DNA of 23,322 nt from contig NW_021836941.1 in NCBI RefSeq assembly GCF_006345805.1, positions 1 to 23,322 on the forward strand, read 5' to 3'. Below are positions 1 to 10,039 of this stretch, piece after piece. Both the position numbers and the translations under genes were made by a program. Every line of letters begins with the position of its first letter. Within the stretch, counting starts at the first letter, position 1. Under the pieces are notes generated by a model, which was given only the letters and a program-made list of their open reading frames with translations, was not told where the DNA came from and searched no databases. Source of the stretch: Octopus sinensis. Taxonomy: Eukaryota.

Positions 1-79
<79 letters not shown>

Positions 80-170
80 ATGCATGCATATATATATATA
101 TAATATATATATATATATGTGTGTATATATATATATATATATAATATATAATGTGTGTGTGTGTGTGTGT
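1..170. repeat. (TA)n/(TG)n microsatellite
   Basis: Direct reading: interrupted TA dinucleotide array followed by a TG array. Confidence 0.97.
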
Positions 171-1531
171 ATGTTTTCTAACTCTCGTATTTAGAGCATT
201 TAACAATACGCTTTTGATAAAACAGTTGCTCCCGCAAAGTAAACTAAATAACATTTGGGATTTTGCGGAGGGTCAAAATTGGTAACACAAACAGGACAGT
301 GGTGAACGCGTACATCAAGCTTGGACAGAAGACAAACAAGAACACGTCTTCCTTTTTCCAGCTACAACTGAGAGAAAGAAAGAAACACAAGTTAGAAGAA
401 AGATGGCCGATGGTAACGTGGCAGCCACGTGAGCAAGGGAGGAGGTGTGAGGGAGAGAGAGAGTGACAGAGTAATAGGGCAGAATCGTGGGGGACCCCTC
501 CATAGGGATTTAACACCCACAATTTTTTCATTTTATCTAAGCAAAGACGAATACAGTTGTACTCTTGCAAGCTGTAGGGTTACCCAAGCATAAAAGATGA
601 GCACTACTTGCAATTCAATGGTACAACAGTGTAACAGTTTGTTTTGACATACACTTACATTGTGATTTCTGCAATGTGGTGCATACATTCTCAAGTAAAT
701 GAGAGGCATCTTTGCCTCCACTGATTCAGTTGCAAAGTGTTGACTAAAGTTATTTGATTGCATACCTCCTTTCAGTCTTTTTATTATCACTGGGTCACAC
801 ATAGTCCCCAGATGGTAACATTGATTTCAAGGCCTTCCCACATGAGTGACTGCTTATTCAAAGACATTTATAGATTGTAAATTTATTCTGTCCAGTTACG
901 TATCAGTATAGTGGTCATTTGCAAACTCCAGAGGTGACACTTTCATTTCTCCTTAGCCCTCACGTCACACACTTGTTAATGTTTATTTCAGTTGGGTCAT
1001 GCCCTTCCAATTGCTATAGATTTGTAATGCATCTTACGGCTGTGCCTGTCACCTGGATGGTGAGGAATCCTACATTGGGAGTGGTAACGACTAGGGTAGG
1101 GTAGCTGACTGCTTATTGTGATCATTCGTCTTTTGGTTTCTTGTAGCTTTGCTCTCTTTTACAAACCCAGTGAACATATATTTCCTACTTCAAAGAAATT
1201 CAAACAATAGATATAAGACCCAAGTTAAAAAGATTCTCAACAATTCAACTTCTCCGGTTGACATTAAGATACCCCACCCCCCAACAGGGGCCTTAACTCT
1301 CACATTTTAGAGCTCCGTGACCTTCATTTTCAAGAGGAAAATCCTTTTCACAGGTTCAATAAGACTGGAATTTTGGAATATGCGCATAAAAATCACTAGT
1401 ATTGGATACATGTGGCACGATTACAATTTTTTTAGGCTGTGTAAAGAGGAAAATAATTCTCATCTGCAATTTTGATGAAATTCGAAACATAGATATTCCA
1501 GTTCATTACAGAAAAGTCTAATTCTTCAATT

Positions 1532-1567
1532 GCACGTAACACGGGCAAGGCAGTGTATCTCTGCTAG
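1532..1567 (+). mobile_element. Possible Helitron-type 3' terminus (hairpin then CTAG)
   Basis: GCACGT-AAC-ACGGGC hairpin (1532-1546, one mismatch), then CTAG at 1564-1567 followed by T. This matches the canonical Helitron 3' end layout, but no matching 5' TC end was identified. Confidence 0.3.
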
Positions 1568-1849
1568 TTATCGTTATTAAAATTAATGCGCTCAGGATCT
1601 TACTATATCTTCTATTTAATTCTATGAATCGCGGTCATTGACATGTGAAACCTCTGTCCCAAGTGATCACAATTCGCAGCTTCTATAGTGTATATGTATG
1701 TATGATGGGGGTGTAGCTGTCTGTTTATCTCGTGGACTCCTGTCGTAGACGACAGACGATGGTTCTGAAAATTCTTGCTGAACAACCTGCACACATGATG
1801 TTTTTATAGCGGTCAAATGTTTGTGTCGTAACTTAGCCCACTCCCTTCA

Positions 1850-2011
1850 ACAATTTTCCGGGCGTAACGGTGTGCAACACGTCAGGTGTCGAAGTGGTTG
1901 CAGAGTAACATCAAATCAAGTTTTTTGCTTAAGTATGCGACCTAGCTTAGGGAATCGAAACCACAATCTCGTGAATGTGAGTGCAACGTCCTAACTACTA
2001 GGGCACGTGCC
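1850..2011 (-). mobile_element. tRNA-derived SINE (head type 3), degenerate
   Basis: Minus strand reads GGCACGTGCCC-TAGTAGTTAGG (A-box-like, 1990-2000) ... GGTTTCGATTCCC (B-box-like, 1950-1962), followed by non-tRNA body. The boundary at the lower coordinate is approximate. Confidence 0.7.
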
Positions 2012-2020
2012 CACACCATC

Positions 2021-2053
2021 CCTCTCTCTTTCTCTCACTCTCTCTATCCATCC

Positions 2054-2135
<82 letters not shown>

Positions 2136-2330
2136 ATGTTTGTATGTATGTATGTATGTATGTATGTACGTATGTACGTACGTACGTACGTGCGTATGTA
2201 TGTATGTATATATGATGTATGTATGTATGCATGCATGTATGTATGCATGTATGTATGCATGTATGTATGTATGTATGTATATATGTATGTATGTGTGTGT
2301 GTATGTGTGTGTATGTGTGTGTATTTGTGT
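2021..2330. repeat. Compound microsatellite (CT, CTAT, CTGT, GTAT/GTAC/GCAT, GT)
   Basis: Direct reading of successive di- and tetranucleotide arrays. Confidence 0.97.
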
Positions 2331-2876
2331 TACTTTTGACATGGTTCCCTTCTCTTCCATCTTTCAGATTTCTCATTTCTTCAGACAAGAACATTCTGTC
2401 TCCGTTTGTTTAATACGTAGTGATGCAATATTTACACCCATAACAACATGTAGCTGTCTTCCTATATAAGCGCTTATGTATTTATCTATCAATTCAATAT
2501 TTCTTTTAGCAGTTATACGTGTGTGAAAGCATGTAGCAAATATATCTATATAAGAATTTATACGAATGTGTGTGTGTCTGTGTGTCAGTGAATTAATATA
2601 TGAGGCAGTGCACCAGCAGAACCATAGTCAACAGACTAGAACCAATAAAAAAGTAAATATGGTACACACATTTGAATGTATATACACGAACAGATACAGA
2701 AGTAAACGCGTGTTCATTCATTCTATAGACCTAATGTGAATCGTTCGTACATACATGCATACGTATAGAATGAGCTTATACAAATAGCTGGCCAGTGACT
2801 ACAATGATGTATCGTATAAAGATGCCGTTAACTTAGAATGACTAACGACTATAACACTAACATCAGATTTAAAATA

Positions 2877-2916
2877 CATACACACACACATACACACACA
2901 CACGAACACACACACA

Positions 2917-2947
<31 letters not shown>

Positions 2948-3040
2948 CACAACACACCACACACCACACACATAATATATGTATAGAGAAAGAGAGAGAT
3001 ACACATTATATATATATATGTATTATATATATATAATATG

Positions 3041-3086
<46 letters not shown>
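2877..3086. repeat. (CA)n then (TA)n microsatellites
   Basis: Direct reading. Confidence 0.95.
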
Positions 3087-3277
3087 AAGTATAGGAAAGA
3101 ATGGAGCTATACTTAATATATATACTTAATATATAAAACTTCAAATTTCCGCACTAAGGCACGGATTTTATGCCCTATGGTCGTAACTTCAACCGTGCTT
3201 TTTCTGTTGTGAGTTTGCTAACCAGGTATCGGCTATCTTTCGAATTATCCGTAATAAGATAATTCATTTGTCTACTT

Positions 3278-3281
<4 letters not shown>

Positions 3282-3317
<36 letters not shown>

Positions 3318-3379
3318 TAAAACGGTAAGATAACAAAAGATACACACACACACACACACACCACACACACACACACACA

Positions 3380-3412
<33 letters not shown>

Positions 3413-3431
3413 GATATATATATATATATAT
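3282..3431. repeat. (TA)n/(CA)n/(TA)n microsatellites
   Basis: Direct reading. Confidence 0.95.
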
Positions 3432-5814
3432 ACAAAAATATTCCTACAAAATATCGGAGGGCTGTTGCACGGCAACTGTAAAACAAAAAAATCTCGTTCC
3501 GGAGAGTGCTTGCTGCATGCAGTCAAGCTCTATACGTAGTACTTGTGGAAACGCATCTTAGACCTGATATAGGGGATGCAGAAATACACATACCACAATA
3601 TGTTGTCACACGCTCAGATAGAAAAGAAAGGAGCCATGATGGAGTTGCTGCGTACGTCTGAGAGGACTTCACGCTCCAGGTCTTGCTGTTATATTCAAAT
3701 TCAGCGTGTGATGTTCAAATGGTACACTTAAGATAACTTAATATTGTCATATGTAGTACATATCGCTCACCGGATGCTCCAAACCATACACGTAAGTTTG
3801 AAGACTGCCTAGCAAAGATAGTTCTCACCAAACTGGAACAACACATCATCGTATTCCTTTTGGGTGACTTTAACTTCCCCAATGTGGGATGGCCTGGGGG
3901 CCTGTTGCTCCTAAAATGACACACCACCAGCAAGCACAAGTGGTGTCCCTGCACCATCTTACCAATGCTTCTTTCATGGAGCAAATTGTGCTACAACCAA
4001 CCAGGGCAAATAATATACTGAATCTGCTTCACAAACAATATGGACATTATCCATAATGTTAAAGTGACACCGTCGTTGGTTGCGGATCACAACATAATAG
4101 AGCTGTCTATGTATGGACCAAAAGCCCCTGCAGACGTATAGCCCATACAAAGCACCCAAAATCTCTTCAAATTAAATTTTCATAAAGCAAAATGGAAGTT
4201 GATTGAGAAAGATATCCTCAAACAAGATTGACCTAAATGTGTCTCCACACCAGACATTGACATGAAACAAACATTTCATTCCATAATGCAAGCCGCGTGT
4301 GACAAATCTGTCACAGTGCGCAGGGCCAACATATACAAAAACTGGACCCCTAGGAAAGGAAGATTCTTATGAGACGACGGGGAAAGATTGCGAAGCGCCT
4401 AAGCAAGCACCCCAAAAGTGGTGAAAAGTCTCACATGGAGAGAGCGCCATTGGAGATGGAGAAAAGTCTGCATCAATCTCACGAAAATGAGAGAGCAGAT
4501 GAGGAACCTTGGGATATAGAAATCGAACCTTAAAATTTTACTTAACTTTGCCAAAGAAACAGCCTTAGTGCGCCACAAGATAGGATTCCTCTTCGAAAAA
4601 AGATGACTCTTTCACAGGAAACCCAATGAGGATAAGTAAAATACTAACAGTTTCAAAGTGTGTTCACTGCACCTCTTTGAAACAGGCAAGTGAGCAAACC
4701 AGCAGAATTCTTTGCCACTTTACCTGTAACCAAAGAGGCGAAAATTAATTACATCAACATTGAAGAGGTAACACAGGCTATAGATGAGGTTGACACAAAC
4801 TCAGCTGCTGGCTCTGAGTTTTCCGAAGTCAGAAAACTTCAAGAGTGGCTGCATGACTTTCTAAAAGATAGATGTCAGACAGTCGTAGACAATGGAGCCA
4901 CCTCCAGGGAAACACAAATAGCAAGTGGTGTTCCACAGGGCACTGCCGTAGGGCCGCTGCTATTTATAGTGACCCTCTCAGACATGCTTTCAGCTGCTCA
5001 GATTGATACCCTTACTAGCTTTGCCGATGACATAAAAGTCTCTTAGACAATACAAAATCCTGGAAATACTGTCCATCTGCAACGGGAGTTGGATGCAATA
5101 ATCAGGTGGGCTGAAGACAACAACATGCAATTTAATGCAGGAAAATTCCAAGCCCTGCGCCACCAGAACACAAAGCTGAAGACACGCAAACCGTATACAC
5201 TGGCCCGGGAGGGAATGCATTCCCCGAATGAAAATCAGTGCGTGTCCTGGGTATTGATATGAGCAATGATGCATATTTCCAAGTGCATGTTACTTACTAA
5301 TTGGCAATAAAATGCAGACGGCTAGATGGATGGATCCTCCGAACTTTCAAAACAAGAGAAGAGGAGACAATGATGGTCCTTTGAAGGGCGTACGTCGTCA
5401 GCCACTTGGACTGCTGCTCCCAACTATGTTCACCACACAATATATAATTACCGGCGGAACTCGAAGCAATCCAACGAAACTACACAAAAAAAAAAACGTC
5501 TCATAGCAACGTATCAGCCACTGGGAAAGACTGAAAGAATTAAAACTTTTCTCCCTAGAATGAGGGTGGGAAAGATATGCAGTTATATACATCTAGAAAA
5601 TCTTGGAAGGCCTTGTACCAAACTTTGGCATTGAAAGTTACACAAACAGCCACTGTATAGAGCCAAAGATCCCAGCATCTCCATCAAAATACACGAACAG
5701 ATACTGCAACAGCTTGGGTTTCAAGGGTCCACAGTTCCTCAGTATCCTTCCAAAATGCTTGAGAGACCAGCATGGTGTGGATGTAGGTGTCTTCAAAACA
5801 AAACTGAATCTCCT

Positions 5815-5817
<3 letters not shown>
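3432..5817 (+). mobile_element. Degraded CR1/L2-group LINE ORF2 (apurinic endonuclease plus reverse transcriptase), with stops, frameshifts and an internal deletion
   Basis: Manual translation. APE motifs: LQNIGGL (about 3444), LVETHLRPDIGDAEIHIPQYVVTRSDRKERSHDGVAAYV (3542-3658), TYRSPD, LLGDFNFPNVGW, QPTRANNIL, ADHNIIE. RT motifs: WLHDFLKDRCQTV, SGVPQGTAVGPLLF, FADD (5020-5031), WAEDNNMQFNAGKF. C-terminal motifs: ELEAIQRNYT, WERLKELKLFSLE, FKGPQFLSILPKCLR..FKTKL. Confidence 0.95.
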
Positions 5818-5852
<35 letters not shown>

Positions 5853-5962
5853 GCACCCCATCCCCACATCCTCATTCTACCACGCCCCACATCCCTACAC
5901 CCCACCCCCACCACAGCACTACTCCACATCATACCAACCCACACCACTACACACACACACAT
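5818..5962. repeat. (TA)n followed by degenerate CA/CCA-rich tract
   Basis: Direct reading. Confidence 0.9.
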
Positions 5963-6060
5963 TCTCACATGAACATACGTACGCGCACCTTCGTTTTGGG
6001 ATCACCAATACTTTATTATCTCTCCTTTCTACCTCTCCTATCAAAACATTTTTTTTCAAC

Positions 6061-6250
6061 CAGTCGCCATGCCTGATCACTAAATCCACTAGTTTTTTAT
6101 TCTCTCTCTGTTTATTTTCTCTTACCTTTCTACTGAAGAGCGTATGCACGAAACGTAAAAGACTTTCTCACTTTCCCGAGCGTCAAATTGATACACCTGC
6201 TTGTTGTTCATACACCTGTCTTCGTCTTTTGTTTTTCTATCAATTTCAAC
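6061..6250 (+). mobile_element. Dispersed roughly 190-bp repeat, copy 1 (Penelope-type terminal repeat-like, hammerhead-like motif at 6126-6161)
   Basis: Homologous by eye to 14604-14802 (-) and 22679-22864 (+): shared CGCCATG..CCACTA, GAAGAGCGTA..GAAACGTAAAAGACTTT, GAGCGT..ATACA, ACCTGTCTTCGTCTTTTGTTTT. The PLE origin is an inference from the hammerhead-like core. Confidence 0.75.
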
Positions 6251-6299
6251 TACACACACACACACACACACACTCACACACACATGGCATTCGAACATT

Positions 6300-6600
6300 T
6301 ACTTTTACAAAACATTCTTTCATAATGCAGTTTCGTTACTAGCACTGGTGCCATTATTTGTGATAACTGAGCGGACGAGTGATAAGTTACTTACAATAGA
6401 TGTTAAAACCCTGCAGAATCCTGGCAACAACCTGCAAAAAAATTAGTGATATCGATAGATTTCTATCATAGAAGAGATGTCGGAGGAAGAGGCTTACGAT
6501 CTGAGTGTGCTATTGCTCAGACAGTCTCTGCTAAAGAACAGTTACATAAACAAATACATTAACCAAGTGCTCAAATGTGAATGGAGGTCTGAAATGAACT
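6300..6600 (+). mobile_element. R4/Dong-type (restriction-like endonuclease) LINE fragment, RT C-terminal region
   Basis: HNAVSLLALVPLFVITERTSDKLLTIDVKT, then SDIDR (6445-6459), a 1-nt frameshift, and YHRRDVGGRGL (GGRGL 6482-6496). This matches the W-T..IDxKTRK / SDxDRLY..R..GGRGL signature of R4/Dong-clade RTs. Confidence 0.75.
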
Positions 6601-6814
6601 TTTCAAGAAGTACCCAAAGGCTGATAACGTTTAGTGTACTCTGCTCCTAGGACTTCCAGGCTAGCGTATCTCAACAAAGGTCTGGAGAACCTTTTTGCGT
6701 ACCAAAAAAAAAAAAATGGTGCATTTGCGTGTTCCCTGTAAAATTGAGCATGAGGCTAATAACAGTTTTTGGTTTAGTTACGAAGCCAGAAAGTTTGCTT
6801 GCATGTCATTGGTG

Positions 6815-6973
6815 AATATCGTCGAGCCAAGTACTTGACTGACACTTTATTTTATCGATTCCAGATTGATAAAAAGCAAATTTGATGGGAATTTAACTTA
6901 GAGCGTAAAGAATCGGAAGAAATGACGCAAAGTATTTTAGCCAACGCTCTAATGATTATGCCGGCTCGTCGCC
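6815..6973 (-). mobile_element. tRNA-derived SINE (head type 1), old degenerate copy
   Basis: Reverse-oriented diverged match to the intact copy at 16574-16802 (AGTACTTGACTG..TTTTATCGA..GAGCGTAAAG..GCCGGCTCGTCGCC). Confidence 0.7.
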
Positions 6974-6989
6974 TTTGGCGGCTTTTGAC

Positions 6990-7106
6990 TATAGCACAAG
7001 ACCAGCAATTTCGAAGGCAGTATTTGACCACTACTCTATTCATTGACTCCGAAAGGATGAAAAGCAACGTTGGCCTCTGTAAGATTTGAAAACAGATCGT
7101 AAATAG
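6990..7106 (-). mobile_element. tRNA-derived SINE (head type 1), partial degenerate copy
   Basis: GCACAAGACCAGCAATTT tail and GACTCCGAAAGGATGAAAAGCAA core, matching other copies in the window. Confidence 0.65.
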
Positions 7107-7534
7107 TCGTGGCCCATGATGCTGATAACAGAATGTATATCCTATATTTACCTGTAGCCGTTACATTTGGCCGTAATTTGCTAATATTTTGTAATCTAAA
7201 ACCAGAATATGGGCTATGAAGTGTGTGTTGAACAAAAGAGGCTAATCGAAAGGAAATCGAAAATGATATTTCTGTGGAAGTTATTACGGCACACCCAAGA
7301 TGTCATTAACTAAAATGCAGCATCATATACTTGCTGAAACAGTATATAATACCATCCATAGGAAAGAAAAAGTGGCATAGAACAGATATTAAATAATTTC
7401 TGTCGTTAAGAAAATTATACATTTCAACACAAGGACTATTGGTGATATATTCTCATTAAAACTTTCGCCATATGTAACATGTCTTTCAAATTAAATTGAG
7501 AAAAATAATTAAGAACAGAAACTTCCCTCCTCAG

Positions 7535-7615
7535 GTTATAATTTTACATTTCTACCTATCATCATTCCAAGTGAATTACAAGCAATCTCGAAAACTCAGA
7601 TTTCAGACAACGAAC
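7535..7615 (+). other. Candidate 81-nt internal exon (unverified)
   Basis: CTTCCCTCCTCAG acceptor and AAC|GTAAGT donor, length divisible by 3, two open frames. No homology recognised. Confidence 0.25.
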
Positions 7616-8384
7616 GTAAGTAGTTAACAAATACATTAGCAAGAATTTTGCCAATAAACTCTATAAGTAGAAAAGTAAAAATATGCAAAACTTTTCCAAA
7701 ATTCAGTTCAACATTATAACTCTTTACAATTGTCGTTATCTAGATTAAAGCAATAGAGATTGTTTCTTTGTTAGAAACCAACCCTTTCCTTATAGGAAGA
7801 TTCGCCCACAAAAATCAATGGATTTTTTTAAATACATAGAACAAAGAGGTAGACACACACTTGTATATATATACGTATATGTATATATATAGTAATATAA
7901 ATAATATATAAATATATGCATATATACATACATATATGTACATACTTACATATATATATGTATATATACATGCATATATGGGTACAGGACATAAAAAAAA
8001 CGTTGAAGACAATGAGTAACGAAAACATAAAAACAAAAACATAGAAACGAACTTCTTTTCAAACAACAAAAGAACAGAGTACAAGACATGCAACACAAGG
8101 AATATTCCCCTTCTTCATTTGTCTCTGTTTCATCTACTCCGCGTTTTCGAAGGTAAGGACAAGACGCGACTTCGTTGAAACAGTTCTTCCCGCAAAGCAA
8201 ATTAAATAGAATTGGGGATATTTTGCGGAGAGTAAAAGTGGTAACAAGGACAGGACAGTAAGAACAAAGCAGTAAAAACAATGAAAAAGCAAGAATAGTA
8301 AAAGACAGAACCATGAGAACAAAACAGTAAAAACAAACGACGAGGGTTGTTAAGCCAAGACGATGGAAACATTTTGCTGAACGC

Positions 8385-8672
8385 TTAAGGAGACAGCTTA
8401 TGAAAGAGGCAGGATAAGGCAGACCAGCTTATCCTGTCTCTTTGGATATCTCTCCTTTGTGCAATTAGGTGCTCCGTTTCATTTTGACGTCTTCGAGCCT
8501 GTCTTCTTGCGTCTTGCGCTCGTCTCTCTTGTCTCACTTCTTGTGATTGTTTTAACAACCTTAATGTATTGTTCAAATTTTTTTCGTCCAGTTCTTCCTG
8601 GGTGAGACTGGCTGTTCTTCGCCTTTGTCTCTCTCTGGCTAACCGTCGCCTTCTGTCTGATTCATTCTCCAT
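8385..8672 (-). pseudogene. 95-aa ORF with STPR-like 23-aa charged repeats, probably a truncated Helitron-type Rep/helicase N-terminus
   Basis: QSQEVRQERRAQDARRQARRRQN-ET aligns ungapped to the 23-aa STPR repeat ETSEERAARLAKMSAYAAQRLAN (E,R,R,A,A,R,N identical, next unit starts ET). The ATG is in a GCTATGG context. The sequence becomes unrelated after IQRDR. Confidence 0.5.
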
Positions 8673-8727
8673 AGCAGGTGGATGAGTATGATTTAATACA
8701 ATGGAACAGAAACTTCAAAACAAACGA

Positions 8728-8780
<53 letters not shown>
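8728..8780. repeat. (TA)n/(TG)n microsatellite
   Basis: Direct reading. Confidence 0.95.
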
Positions 8781-8784
<4 letters not shown>

Positions 8785-9284
8785 TTAGTTTGTTTATATT
8801 TCTATACGTAACCATACAAAGTCCAAAATTACACAAAGACTTATTTTCTTTTCCAGCAACGTCTACACGGTCTCTATCTCGGTCTGTCTGTCTCTTTCAC
8901 TCTTTACCGCCTGAAATGGAAAAAGATCTTGAAGACAAACTTCACCGCCTTGGCAAAATTCATCATTCATAAATATTTACAAACATCGCTGCAGCGGCAA
9001 GTATTTGTAAATATTTATAATTACCTTCCTTTTATATTTAGCTTTCTTTTAAACAGACACTATTATCAAGTTTTCTTTCAATAGACACTATTTTTATTTT
9101 ATGACTTAAAAATTACTACTTATTTACTTATCTTATATTCTATTAACTTTGCAACTTTCAAACATCCATAGAGATACAGAAAACAATAATTTTGAGGTGC
9201 ATCTCATTTGCTTATCTTATATTCTGTTATTAATGATTACCAGAAAATAATCAGCGTTCATCGAATGAGAATTTTGTTCTTGAG

Positions 9285-9351
9285 TAAGAGAGAGAGGGGA
9301 AGGGAGTGAGAGAGAGAAATGGGAAAAAAAGTGAGTGAAAAACAGGGAGAG

Positions 9352-9411
<60 letters not shown>

Positions 9412-9450
9412 CGTGTGTGTGCATCTGCAGATAGATATATATATATAGAG
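9285..9450. repeat. (GA)n-rich microsatellite
   Basis: Direct reading. Confidence 0.95.
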
Positions 9451-9642
9451 AAAGGAGCAGCGTTCATCAATAAAGTGAAAACGTTTTTGTTGAAAGAGAA
9501 GGCGAGAGGCGCTGTTTGATACACCCCCCTCTCTCATTGTTATTACCATTTTTTGTCTTCTCTGTTTTCTTTTTTACTCTTACTGGCGCTGCTACTTCCT
9601 TTATGGCGTGATTTTGGACAAACTTACAAACAAGATATGTAC

Positions 9643-9644
<2 letters not shown>

Positions 9645-9687
<43 letters not shown>

Positions 9688-9742
9688 CACGCACACACAC
9701 ATAGACTCAGACACACATAGACACGCGCACAGACACACACAT
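9645..9742. repeat. (GA)n/(CA)n microsatellite
   Basis: Direct reading. Confidence 0.9.
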
Positions 9743-9837
9743 TTAAGTACTGGGGCTAATGTATTCGACTAAACCTTTCACGGGGATGACCCACGGGGAT
9801 GACCCAGACCAATGACTGAAGCAAGTAAAAGATAGAA

Positions 9838-9838
<1 letters not shown>
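9743..9838 (+). mobile_element. SINE 3' tail fragment (type 2)
   Basis: AAGTACTGGGG..TTCGACTAAA..AATGACTGAAGCAAGTAAAAGA matches the tails at 14040-14163 and 17305-17382. Confidence 0.7.
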
Positions 9839-9869
<31 letters not shown>

Positions 9870-10039
9870 GCAGCAAAAATATTTTGAAGCGAATATTTAA
9901 ATAGATATTAATATTGTTATTATTATCGAAGGCAATGCAAATATTTGATAACAAGAACAATATTTGGTGGTCCAAATGAGGGTTTTAGCCCTCATTTCTA
10001 GCGGGTAGACACTTTAATGTGACCTTATTATTAATATAA

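Noticed and set aside
244-570. 108-aa minus-strand ORF and the overlapping 263-466 ORF
   Set aside because: They are low-complexity CT/GA-rich translations with no recognisable domain, and the shared module at 8178-8259 is not kept in frame.
847-1117. 12-bp direct repeat TGACTGCTTATT (847-858 and 1106-1117) and recurring GGTAAC
   Set aside because: Too short and irregular to define a TSD, LTR or array.
2007-2469. Cluster of ORFs with YVCM, HTYI and TDRQ repeats
   Set aside because: They are translations of stop-free microsatellites, not genes.
3159-3198. GCACGG..CCGTGC hairpin as another hammerhead on the minus strand
   Set aside because: The core would read TTGAAGT and there is no GAAA, which is too many deviations to support.
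4690-5046. 118-aa ORF as a functional reverse transcriptase gene
   Set aside because: It has no true start, lacks the N-terminal RT motifs, and is surrounded by stops and frameshifts, so it is part of a dead LINE.
6133-6139. Perfect CTGAAGA as the hammerhead core of copy 1
   Set aside because: In this register stem I cannot form with the downstream AAAG and stem II is broken. Alignment with copies 2 and 3 places the core at 6130-6136.
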